29,829 bases of DNA, from contig DATDWE010000041.1 of NCBI GenBank assembly GCA_035289765.1, positions 1 to 29,829 on the forward strand. The letters run 5' to 3'. The stretch is from Candidatus Nanoarchaeia archaeon (GTDB lineage Archaea > Nanobdellota > Nanobdellia > Woesearchaeales > UBA12501). A program made the position numbers and the translations under genes. Every line of letters starts with the position of its first letter. Within the stretch, counting starts at the first letter, position 1. Of this stretch, positions 1 to 7,841 are shown one piece after another. The notes beneath the pieces are model-generated. The model ran no database searches and was not told the origin of the DNA. It saw only the letters and a list, made by a program, of their open reading frames with translations.

Positions 1-49
1 TCATTTATATATCTTTATTGTTACTCTGTAGTAATCAAATATGGAAATA

Positions 50-57
50 TTTATATA
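50..57 (+). promoter_or_regulatory. Archaeal TATA box (TTTATATA) for the HAD gene
   Basis: TTTATATA at 50-57, preceded by purine-rich GGAAA (BRE-like); ends 23 nt before ATG at 80. Confidence 0.6.
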
Positions 58-79
58 TTGATGCCTGTTGGTGGGCAGT

Positions 80-799
80 ATGATAGAGTCAATTGCTTAT
101 GATCTGGAAGGTACTGTTGTGGATGTAGAATTTGCACACCATCAGGGCCATATTTATGCAGCAGAGAAAGTAGGAGTTATTCTTACATTAGAAGATTGCT
201 TTCAAAAACTGCCTCACTTTATGGGAGGTCCAGACGACCAGGTTGCAAAAGAGATTGCAGCGCTGGCCCTGCAGAATGGAACAGAAGTAAGCCATGAATC
301 TATTTTAGAAAACAAAAGAAACCATTATGAATTGTTGCTAAAAGAAGCAGAGATAAGGCCTAGAATTGGTTTTCTTAATTTTTTCAATATCATAAAATAT
401 CTGGGGTTGGAATGCACAATAGGTTCTTTGACAGACAGAGAACACGCAGAGGTTCTTTTGGATAGAAGCGGAGTTGGAAAGCTGTTTGGATATGAGAATA
501 TAGTCCTGCGCGAACATGTAAAGAACCCAAAACCTGCACCTGATGTGTGGTATGAAACAGCAAAGAGGGCTGGAGTGAACCCAGAAGATCAGCTTGTCTT
601 TGAGGATTCTCCGAAAGGAATCAAAGGAGCTGTCCAAGTTGGCGCATATTGTATTGGGATGCCTGTTTATAACCGGCCAGATATAATCTCAGCTCTGGTG
701 GATGCTGGAGCAAAGAGGATATTCATGGAGTGGGATGAGATCAACCCAGCACAATTGATAGAGAATATAAACGGAGAACTTGGGAAAGAGGGCAGGTAG
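80..799 (+). CDS. HAD-superfamily hydrolase, subfamily IA (beta-phosphoglucomutase/CbbY-like)
   Basis: Motif I YDLEGTVVD, cap-domain helices, motif III KNPKPAPD, motif IV VFEDSPKG. Start moved from TTG 68 to ATG 80 (GGTGGG upstream; TATA spacing). Confidence 0.85.
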   Translation: MIESIAYDLEGTVVDVEFAHHQGHIYAAEKVGVILTLEDCFQKLPHFMGGPDDQVAKEIAALALQNGTEVSHESILENKRNHYELLLKEAEIRPRIGFLNFFNIIKYLGLECTIGSLTDREHAEVLLDRSGVGKLFGYENIVLREHVKNPKPAPDVWYETAKRAGVNPEDQLVFEDSPKGIKGAVQVGAYCIGMPVYNRPDIISALVDAGAKRIFMEWDEINPAQLIENINGELGKEGR

Positions 800-809
800 A
801 TTATCCTAA

Positions 810-861
810 TTCCAGACCACTCAGAAGAATCTACACCAGATGTTCTTGAGTGTATCTGGGA
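810..861. other. Imperfect ~50-nt intergenic hairpin
   Basis: CCAGA(812-816)/TCTGG(855-859), CACTCA(818-823)/TGAGTG(847-852) and ATCT(829-832)/AGAT(838-841) nest around loop ACACC. Confidence 0.5.
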
Positions 862-870
862 CTAAAAACA

Positions 871-878
871 TTTATAAA
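871..878 (+). promoter_or_regulatory. TATA box (TTTATAAA) for the nucleotidyltransferase-phosphatase gene
   Basis: TTTATAAA preceded by AAAAACA; G-rich SD-like GGGGG at 904-908; ATG at 920. Confidence 0.6.
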
Positions 879-919
879 TAAGCCGTATCTATGATTGCAG
901 CAAGGGGGATTATAATACA

Positions 920-1984
920 ATGCTCAAAGTTGAGGCTGTTGACCAGTATACATCTGACAAGATAGTTGCTTTTAAAGGTGCCATAAAGCTAATTGAAAGG
1001 CTCAAGAAAAGCGGCAAGACAGTGGGATTATGTCATGGAGGATTTGATCTACTGCATCCAGGCCATGTAAAGCACTTTGAGTCCGCAAAGAAGCTGTGCG
1101 ATGTTCTTTTTGTGTCAGTTACATCAGACAGATTTGTGTCCTGCAGAAAGGGCTCAGGAAGGCCTATATTCACTGACAGGCTAAGGGCATACATGGCTGC
1201 TTCTGTCAGGTTTGTTGATTATGCTGTGATAACTGATTTCCAGAAAGCGATGGAGATATTGAAGCAATTAAAACCTACATATTATATAAAGGGCCCAGAT
1301 TTCATAAACAAGAACACTCCAGGGATCATAGCTGAAAGGGAGGCAATAAAGGATGTTGAAGGAGAGATGAAGTACACAAATGATCCTCCTTCAAGCACAA
1401 CAAAGATAATTGAGTACATAAAAAAGGACCTTGATGTGAAGAATGTGCTTCTCCTTATTGACAGGGATGGCACAGTCATAAAGAATGACGACTTTCCTGG
1501 AAAGAATGACAACTGGAGGAATGAGCTTGAATTCAATGAGGATGTGATAAGCTTTATATCATACCTGCAGACAAAATATGATACAATAAAGATTATCATC
1601 TCTAACCAGACAGGTGTTGCTAGGAGATTCTTTGACTGCAAGAGGGTGGAAGATGTCAATGATTTTGTGATCTCGCACCTGTCAAAGAAGGGGATCAGGA
1701 TAGATAATGTGCAGTACTGCCCTGATGCAGACAAAAAATGGGCAGATAAACATCCTGGGCTTGGTCTGGACAGAAGATATATCAAGGACAAGACAAAAAG
1801 AAAACCTGGCAATGTGATGGTGCTCGACGCCCTTAAAGAACTGAAGAAGGAGCTGAATGATTTTACAGAGATAATAGTGATAGGGAATGGAGAAGATGAC
1901 AAAGGCCTTGCAGAAAGTCTGAATGCCTTATTCATCGACATTAATGGGAAGGATTATAAGGCGCTGCTGAAAGAATTCCCGTAA
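920..1984 (+). CDS. Fusion: RfaE domain II-like (cytidylyltransferase-fold) heptose-1-phosphate nucleotidyltransferase plus C-terminal GmhB-like HAD phosphatase
   Basis: N-half: HGGFDLLHPGH (HxGH), VSVTSD, RKGSGRP, YIKGPDF, SSTT. C-half: LIDRDGTV, SNQTGVARR, YCP, RKPG. Confidence 0.85.
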   Translation: MLKVEAVDQYTSDKIVAFKGAIKLIERLKKSGKTVGLCHGGFDLLHPGHVKHFESAKKLCDVLFVSVTSDRFVSCRKGSGRPIFTDRLRAYMAASVRFVDYAVITDFQKAMEILKQLKPTYYIKGPDFINKNTPGIIAEREAIKDVEGEMKYTNDPPSSTTKIIEYIKKDLDVKNVLLLIDRDGTVIKNDDFPGKNDNWRNELEFNEDVISFISYLQTKYDTIKIIISNQTGVARRFFDCKRVEDVNDFVISHLSKKGIRIDNVQYCPDADKKWADKHPGLGLDRRYIKDKTKRKPGNVMVLDALKELKKELNDFTEIIVIGNGEDDKGLAESLNALFIDINGKDYKALLKEFP

Positions 1985-2014
1985 CATACTATATTGGTTT
2001 CTTATTGACTTCCC

Positions 2015-3022
2015 CTATTTCCTTCCATAGAAGAGATGCAACCCAACAATTGTAGGGACATTCAGATCAAAGTTTGCCCCTCCTTCTCTTATTCTTCTTA
2101 TTGCCTCAGGTTCAGTAGGAACTGCATAAATCCTGTCATGCTCTTTCATGACTTCTTCATTGCCATAACATCTCTGAACAATATCCTCAATTCTTGGGCC
2201 GGTTATGTTTATATGGACGAATAGATCAGGTGCTCTTGAGAAATCTTTTGCAAGATAGCATCTGTGCATCTTGAATTCATCCGGCTTGACGGTAAGCTCT
2301 TCTTCCATCTCTTTCATAATATTGTCCTGTACATGCTTGTCCCCCCATTCAGGAGTTCCTCCCAATATGCCTATAGTGCCCCCTTCAACTGCAAGGTTTT
2401 TTCCCCTTCTTCCTAATATAAAATATGATTTTCCATCTTTTCCCCTGGCTGTTACAACAAATCCAAGGCCAAGCATGTTTGAGAGGCCTGAACAAGCAGG
2501 ATCCAATGCCCTGCCACCTACAACCTCATAGGATCTTAAGGTTTCCCCTTCCCTGAATGAAGGGTCATATTTTGCAAGTGGAATATCCATTGACTTGTTT
2601 GTTGCAAGAAATTCTCCGTATCCTACCGGCCTTACACAAAGATTTATCTTTGACATTGCCCCTTCAGCATCATTTATGGACCATGCCCCTATGCCCATAT
2701 GAGGGATATCAAAAAATGAGCCTTTCTTTTCTTCAATAATGCTCTGAGCGAATTTCCTGAATCTTTCAGGCACTTCATAAGGTTCATTGAGTAGGGAAAG
2801 ATTTATTTCATCCAATTTGCTGTCAGCGACATAAACAAAAGGATATTCTATGCCGTCTATTGTAACAAGTTTTTCATTATAATAAAGCCCTGCTAGCCTC
2901 TCCAGCTCTGGCCTGTTATTATGCCTTTTGGCAGCTGAAGATCTTGCCTGGTCCTGTGGATTGAGAAAGAATTCAAATGATTTCAGTCCATCTCCGAGAT
3001 CTATTGCGTTTACCCCCATCAT
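2015..3022 (-). CDS. Uncharacterised protein with a degenerate C-terminal Nudix fold (NUDT22-like appearance)
   Basis: GYGEFLATN; LSNMLG..VVT...YFILGRR; Nudix-box-like GGTPEWGDKHVQDNIMKEMEEELTV. Start overlaps the upstream TGA. Confidence 0.55.
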   Translation of the reverse strand: MMGVNAIDLGDGLKSFEFFLNPQDQARSSAAKRHNNRPELERLAGLYYNEKLVTIDGIEYPFVYVADSKLDEINLSLLNEPYEVPERFRKFAQSIIEEKKGSFFDIPHMGIGAWSINDAEGAMSKINLCVRPVGYGEFLATNKSMDIPLAKYDPSFREGETLRSYEVVGGRALDPACSGLSNMLGLGFVVTARGKDGKSYFILGRRGKNLAVEGGTIGILGGTPEWGDKHVQDNIMKEMEEELTVKPDEFKMHRCYLAKDFSRAPDLFVHINITGPRIEDIVQRCYGNEEVMKEHDRIYAVPTEPEAIRRIREGGANFDLNVPTIVGLHLFYGRK

Positions 3023-3693
3023 TCTCCGTTACCTGCAACAGCATGAACTTTGAACGTGTGCTCAAGTTCAATCCTTGCAATCTCCCTTACAGCCTCTGAA
3101 TAGAAGAATCCTGGCTTTTTTATCAGCCTTGCAAGGTCTTCTTTTGATGTGGGTGCTCCAGGCACACCACCGTATATCTTCAGATGCATAAGCGTGTATC
3201 TCCAGAGCTTGTCTGCATCCCTGACAAAACCGTCTTCTGCTGAAAGGAATCCTTTTCTTGTGTCATGACCATCCACTATTTCACATATTGGTTTGATATA
3301 TCTTTGAGGATATCTAATCTCGTGAAGCAATCTTTCCGCAAAAATGGATCCCTGCTCTTCGTGCTTTAGCCTTAACCTGCGTTCAATATCAGGATTTACC
3401 AGCGAACCGCGGAATGAGTCAAGCTCCTCTTTTGTCATCAAACCCCAGCCAGCGTCATGAAGCATTGCCGCAGGAATAACTATTGCCCTTTCTGCCTTGG
3501 TATAATCAAGAAACCTTAATGCAAAATAAGTGACACACTCTGCATGGCCAGGATCATCCCCCTTGTCCTGGTATTTCAGCGCAGTATCCCATATCCCAAT
3601 CTCTTCAGGAGTGAGCAATTTGATTATATTGCTGCCTGAGCCGTCAGGATTCCATTTATTATAGTCTATTGGGTCGTGCTTAATATGTTTCAC
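3019..3693 (-). CDS. HD-domain metal-dependent phosphohydrolase
   Basis: GHAECV, MLHDAGW, KHEEQG, GHD, DADKL, i.e. the H...HD...D metal ligands. Confidence 0.85.
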   Translation of the reverse strand: MKHIKHDPIDYNKWNPDGSGSNIIKLLTPEEIGIWDTALKYQDKGDDPGHAECVTYFALRFLDYTKAERAIVIPAAMLHDAGWGLMTKEELDSFRGSLVNPDIERRLRLKHEEQGSIFAERLLHEIRYPQRYIKPICEIVDGHDTRKGFLSAEDGFVRDADKLWRYTLMHLKIYGGVPGAPTSKEDLARLIKKPGFFYSEAVREIARIELEHTFKVHAVAGNGE

Positions 3694-3718
3694 TTTACTA
3701 CTGAGAGATAATGAATTA

Positions 3719-3726
3719 TATATAAA
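3719..3726 (-). promoter_or_regulatory. TATA box for the HD/Nudix-like operon
   Basis: Minus-strand TTTATATA ending 26 nt before GTG 3693; a second identical box lies at 3741-3748. Confidence 0.55.
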
Positions 3727-3751
3727 TGTTTTGATTAGTTTATATAAATGG

Positions 3752-5047
3752 CTATTTTATTTTGCAGAAAAAGTCACTGAATTTAGATAGAACATAATCA
3801 ATCTGATTCTTTTGCAGACCAGGATAAACCCCAATCCAGAAGCTGTTGTTCATTACCAGGTCTGTATTCCTGAGGTTGCTCACTTTCCGGTATTTGATGC
3901 TCTTGAAGTAGGGCTGCTTCGTGATATTGCCTGCAAATAGCATCCTTGTGGCAATCCTGTTGTTCTCCAGGAAGCTTATAAGGTCTTTCCTGCTGAAATT
4001 GGCTCCTGGACTGATGGTAATCAGAAGGCCGAACCAAGACGGCTCTGAACCAGGCTCTGCTTTTTGTATCATTATATGATCCTCAAATCTTTTGAGGCCT
4101 TTGGCCAGAAGGTCATAGTTACTTCTCCTCGCCCTTATGAATTCAGGCAGCTTCTCAAGCTGGGCCAGACCTATAGCCGCATTTATATCTGTATTCTTCA
4201 GGTTGTAACCAATTTCCGAGAAGATGTATTTGTGATCATAGCCAAAAGGCAGTTCTCCTAGCTTCCATCCAAACCTCTTTCCGCATGCATTGTCCTGCCC
4301 TGTTCCGCAGACACAGTCCCTTCCCCAGTCTCTCATGCTCCTAACAATGCGTGCAAGCTGAGGGTTATCGGTGCAGACAGCGCCTCCTTCTGCCATAGTG
4401 ATATGGTGCGCTGGATAGAAGCTGAATGTGCTTATGTCACCAAATGTGCCCGTATATTTTCCACCATATTTTGATCCAAGGGCATCGCAGTTGTCCTCGA
4501 TGAGCCATAAATCCTTCTCCCTGCACAGCTTGATAACCTCTTTGATGTTGAATGGATTGCCAAGTGTATGCGCTAATACCACTGCTTTTGCCTTGTGTGA
4601 GACTGCTTTCTTAAGCTCGTCAATATCCACATTGCCTGTCATGACATCCACATCACAGAATACAGGAACACATCCTGCCTGGATTATTGGGTTGACTGTA
4701 GTGGGAAATCCCGCAGCAACTGTTATAACTTCGTCCCCTTCCTTCAGTTGCCTGCCCCCTAGCTTCTCTGATGTGAGTGACATCAGTGCCAAAAGATTTG
4801 CAGAGGACCCTGAGTTCACAAGAATGGCATTCCTTGTTCCAAGAAAGCGTTTAAGCTTCTCTTCAAACTCCTTTGCGAACTTGCCATCAGTCCACCAGCA
4901 ATCAAGAACAGCATCAACTGCAGATATGAGTTCTTTCTCATTGAATGTCTTGCCAGCTACAGGCACTCCAGATATCTTCTTTAAAGAGATCTCTTTTGAA
5001 TAGTATTCCTTTATAAGACCAAATATTTTTTTCCTTATTTCAGACAA
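3752..5047 (-). CDS. rfbH: CDP-4-keto-6-deoxy-D-glucose 3-dehydrase (E1, RfbH/DdhC)
   Basis: DegT fold; SFYPAHHITMAEGG has His in place of the Schiff-base Lys; [2Fe-2S] motif GRDCVCGTGQDNACGKRF plus GYDHKY. TTG start with AGGTG SD. Confidence 0.93.
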   Translation of the reverse strand: MSEIRKKIFGLIKEYYSKEISLKKISGVPVAGKTFNEKELISAVDAVLDCWWTDGKFAKEFEEKLKRFLGTRNAILVNSGSSANLLALMSLTSEKLGGRQLKEGDEVITVAAGFPTTVNPIIQAGCVPVFCDVDVMTGNVDIDELKKAVSHKAKAVVLAHTLGNPFNIKEVIKLCREKDLWLIEDNCDALGSKYGGKYTGTFGDISTFSFYPAHHITMAEGGAVCTDNPQLARIVRSMRDWGRDCVCGTGQDNACGKRFGWKLGELPFGYDHKYIFSEIGYNLKNTDINAAIGLAQLEKLPEFIRARRSNYDLLAKGLKRFEDHIMIQKAEPGSEPSWFGLLITISPGANFSRKDLISFLENNRIATRMLFAGNITKQPYFKSIKYRKVSNLRNTDLVMNNSFWIGVYPGLQKNQIDYVLSKFSDFFCKIK

Positions 5048-6834
5048 TGTGATGCACCTTGCGTTCTCTTTTCCTTTTTGTATGGGCTTATGAGCATTGA
5101 TTCCTTCAGCTCTTCTTCGCTCAGCCTGGGGCTTATGTCTTCTATTGGATGCTCCACCTCCAGCTTTGGGACAATCTTTGTGTCCTCTTGAGTGAGCACT
5201 TCAATGATGGCATTCCTGTCAGAAGTCAGTGCCTTTCTCACGTTCTCGATGTCCTTAATGCTCTTCTCATCAATAAGATAATATTTCAGACCGTATGCCT
5301 TTGCAATGTCTTTTATGCTTGGGACAAGATATCCGCTTTTCTTTGTTGTTGCCAGCTTTCTCTCTCCAAAATAAAGGTCCTGGAATTGGGTTATCATGCC
5401 TAAAGATTCGTTGTTCAGCACCACAACTTTTATCGGGAGATCATATTGAGAGATCAGCATAAGAGACTGTGTTGAGATGTGGAATCCTCCGTCTCCAGTC
5501 ACTGCTATAACCTCTCTTCTCTTGTCAGTGCATACGCTTGCGCCTATTGCAGCAGGAACAGCATATCCCATGGGGGCCAGGCCTCCGCTAGTGAAGAATT
5601 TCTGCCCTTTTCTGATCTTGAGCATCTGGGCAGAGAACATCTGGTTCTGGCCAATATCCACACAGAATATCTGGTCCTTTCCATATATCTTGTTCAAGGC
5701 ATTAAGTATCTCATAGGGCATTTTGTTCTTCACATGCCTCTCAATGTCCCAGGACTGGCTGTACTTTGACTTTATTTTCCTTACATAATCAAGCCATTCA
5801 TCATTGCTTTCTTTTTTTGTCTTGGAGTTGATTTTCCTCAAAAATCTTCCTGCATCGGCATGGATCTCTATCCTGCCCTTAAGGCGATGATGCTGCAATT
5901 CGTTCCTGTCAATATCAATGTGCAAAAGCTTTCCTTTCCTGAGAAAGCTGTCGAGTGCTGTTCCTGTCTGCCTTGTGTCAAGCCTGGTTCCCAATGCAAT
6001 AAGAAGGTCTGCATTGGCAGTCACGATGTTAGCGCATCTGTTGCCATAGCTGCCTATCATGCCAATATGAAGATCGTTGTCTTCAGGAAAGGCCCCCTTC
6101 CCCATCAAAGAGTTCACCACAGGGATATTGTTTGATGTGCAGAAATCAAAAAGGGCTTTCTCTGCCTTTGCGTTTATCACTCCCCCCCCTACGAGCATTA
6201 AAGGCCTCTTGCTTGATTTTATAAGCTCTTTGGCCTTAGATAGATCCTCTTCTGAAACATCAATATTGTTGTCATCAGGCCTGTATGACTCAAGCTCATC
6301 AGGATTGATATCAGCACTTTGTATGTCCATGGGAATGTCAAGAAGCACGGGACCCGGCCTGCCTGATGATGCGATGTGGAATGCCTTCTCAAGAAAATAC
6401 TTTATCTTGCTTGCATCATCGACAAGTGCTGCTAATTTTGTAATCGGCTTAACAATATCAACAATATTTGTCTCCTGGAATCCCTGCTGCCTGATGGGCT
6501 TTTTATACTTGTATTCATAAGTGTTCACCTGGCCCGTGATGTATACTGCAGGTATTGAATCAAAGAAAGCGTCTGCGATGCCTGTAATCAGGTTTGTTGC
6601 GCCTGGTCCGCTTGTAGCCATTGCAACGCCTATCTTTTTTGGGCTGTCTGATATCCTTGAATAGCCCTCTGCTGCAATTGCTGCTGTCTGCTCGTGATAT
6701 ACCTGTATGAACTGCACTTTATTTGAGGCATATATTGAGTCTACAAGATGCGTTATTGCCCCACCTATAAACCCGAACACATGGCTTATTCCCCTGTCCT
6801 CCAAAAACTTGGATATATAATCTGAAACCTTCAT
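5035..6834 (-). CDS. ThDP-dependent acetolactate-synthase-like protein (YerE-like by context)
   Basis: HEQTA catalytic Glu, TSGPGATN, ITGQV, SGRPGPVLLDIP, ThDP motif GDGG...NN; overlaps rfbH. Confidence 0.85.
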   Translation of the reverse strand: MKVSDYISKFLEDRGISHVFGFIGGAITHLVDSIYASNKVQFIQVYHEQTAAIAAEGYSRISDSPKKIGVAMATSGPGATNLITGIADAFFDSIPAVYITGQVNTYEYKYKKPIRQQGFQETNIVDIVKPITKLAALVDDASKIKYFLEKAFHIASSGRPGPVLLDIPMDIQSADINPDELESYRPDDNNIDVSEEDLSKAKELIKSSKRPLMLVGGGVINAKAEKALFDFCTSNNIPVVNSLMGKGAFPEDNDLHIGMIGSYGNRCANIVTANADLLIALGTRLDTRQTGTALDSFLRKGKLLHIDIDRNELQHHRLKGRIEIHADAGRFLRKINSKTKKESNDEWLDYVRKIKSKYSQSWDIERHVKNKMPYEILNALNKIYGKDQIFCVDIGQNQMFSAQMLKIRKGQKFFTSGGLAPMGYAVPAAIGASVCTDKRREVIAVTGDGGFHISTQSLMLISQYDLPIKVVVLNNESLGMITQFQDLYFGERKLATTKKSGYLVPSIKDIAKAYGLKYYLIDEKSIKDIENVRKALTSDRNAIIEVLTQEDTKIVPKLEVEHPIEDISPRLSEEELKESMLISPYKKEKRTQGASHCLK

Positions 6835-7769
6835 TCTCTGAATCCTACCTCATTCCTGACAATAAAATTAGGACGCTGCTTGACCTCATCATATATCCTG
6901 GCGAGATATATCCCTATTATTCCAAGAAGAAAGAAAAGCGCACCAAAGAAGAATAATATGATAAGTATGGTTGTGGTGAATCCCGGCACTTTCCTTCCCA
7001 GAGTGATGAAAAGCGCTATTTCTACAATGAAAAGTATCAGGGCTATTATGAATGTGAAAAAACCAAACCATGTCGCAATCTTCAGCGGAAAGTAGGAGAA
7101 TGAGAATATTCCATTCATTGCGACATCAAGCGCCTGGAATATATTTGCCTTTGGCTTGCCTGCAAAACGCGGTGGCCTCCTAAAGGGAATTCCAGTCTGC
7201 CTGAATCCTGTCCATGCTATGACTCCCCTAAGAAATTTGTTCCTCTCCTGCATTGAGTTAACAGTTAAGTACACCTTGCGGTCAATCAACCTGAAGTCGC
7301 TTGCGTTCTTGGGTATCTTCTTGTCTGTAAGCCAGTTCAGGACCTTATAAAATAATGAAGATACAATTCTTCTTGACAATGACACTCCTTTTCTCTTTTT
7401 TATGATTCCATACACAATCTCATAGCCCTGCTCCCATTTCTCTATAAATTTTGTAATCATTTCAGGAGGATCCTGAAGATCAGCGTTCATTATTACAGCT
7501 GCATCTCCTCTTGCATAATTTAGGCCAGCAGTGATGCCTCCATCACATCCAAAATTCCTTGATAGCTGAAGAATCTTGAACCTTTTATCCTGCTCATGGA
7601 AAGAAAGTAGTTTCATGTATGAAGAGTCATTTGAGCCGTTCTCCACGATTATGAACTCAAGATCATAGTTCTTGAGGCTGTAAGCAGCAGCCTGAAGCCT
7701 TCTTCGTAGTTCGTCCAGAACCTCCTCTTCGTTGTATGCAGGAATGACTATGCTTATAAGCTTTTTCAT
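6831..7769 (-). CDS. GT2 polyprenol-phosphate glycosyltransferase (GtrB/ArnC/DPM1-like)
   Basis: IVIPAYNEE, ENGSND, SRNFG, NADLQDPPE, DFRLIDR, two C-terminal TM helices, RIYDEVKQRP. Confidence 0.92.
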   Translation of the reverse strand: MKKLISIVIPAYNEEEVLDELRRRLQAAAYSLKNYDLEFIIVENGSNDSSYMKLLSFHEQDKRFKILQLSRNFGCDGGITAGLNYARGDAAVIMNADLQDPPEMITKFIEKWEQGYEIVYGIIKKRKGVSLSRRIVSSLFYKVLNWLTDKKIPKNASDFRLIDRKVYLTVNSMQERNKFLRGVIAWTGFRQTGIPFRRPPRFAGKPKANIFQALDVAMNGIFSFSYFPLKIATWFGFFTFIIALILFIVEIALFITLGRKVPGFTTTILIILFFFGALFFLLGIIGIYLARIYDEVKQRPNFIVRNEVGFRE

Positions 7770-7772
7770 GGA

Positions 7773-7788
7773 TTAAACCCCCATATAT
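7773..7788 (-). repeat. 16-bp leader motif TTAAACCCCCATATAT, copy 1
   Basis: Identical to 13219-13234 and similar to 25075-25090; lies 22-24 nt downstream of a TATA box in each case. Confidence 0.7.
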
Positions 7789-7806
7789 ATGAAAGGCGCT
7801 TTATTT

Positions 7807-7830
7807 ATATATTTTTCTAGAAAAATATAT
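7807..7830. repeat. Perfect 24-bp palindrome ATATATTTTTCTAGAAAAATATAT overlapping the BRE/TATA (7804-7811, minus strand) of the GT2 operon
   Basis: Left arm 7807-7818 is the exact reverse complement of 7819-7830. Confidence 0.85.
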
Positions 7831-7832
7831 TT

Positions 7833-7839
7833 AAAAAAA
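7833..7839 (-). terminator. Candidate archaeal oligo-T terminator after rfbG
   Basis: T7 tract on the minus strand starting 3 nt after the rfbG stop. Confidence 0.4.
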
Positions 7840-7841
7840 GG

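Noticed and set aside
797-865. Open frame continuing 21 codons past the HAD TAG stop (possible readthrough or recoding)
   Set aside because: A run this short is common by chance; other TAG stops (2015, 3752, 19302, 24937) behave as normal ends and no recoding machinery is visible.
3719-3750. TATATAAATG direct repeat at 22-bp spacing
   Set aside because: Explained as two TATA-like boxes in AT-rich DNA; too short to call a repeat system.
5035-6834. Housekeeping acetolactate synthase (ilvB) call
   Set aside because: No regulatory subunit or ilvC/ilvD nearby and it overlaps rfbH, so a sugar-branching role fits better; no gene symbol assigned.
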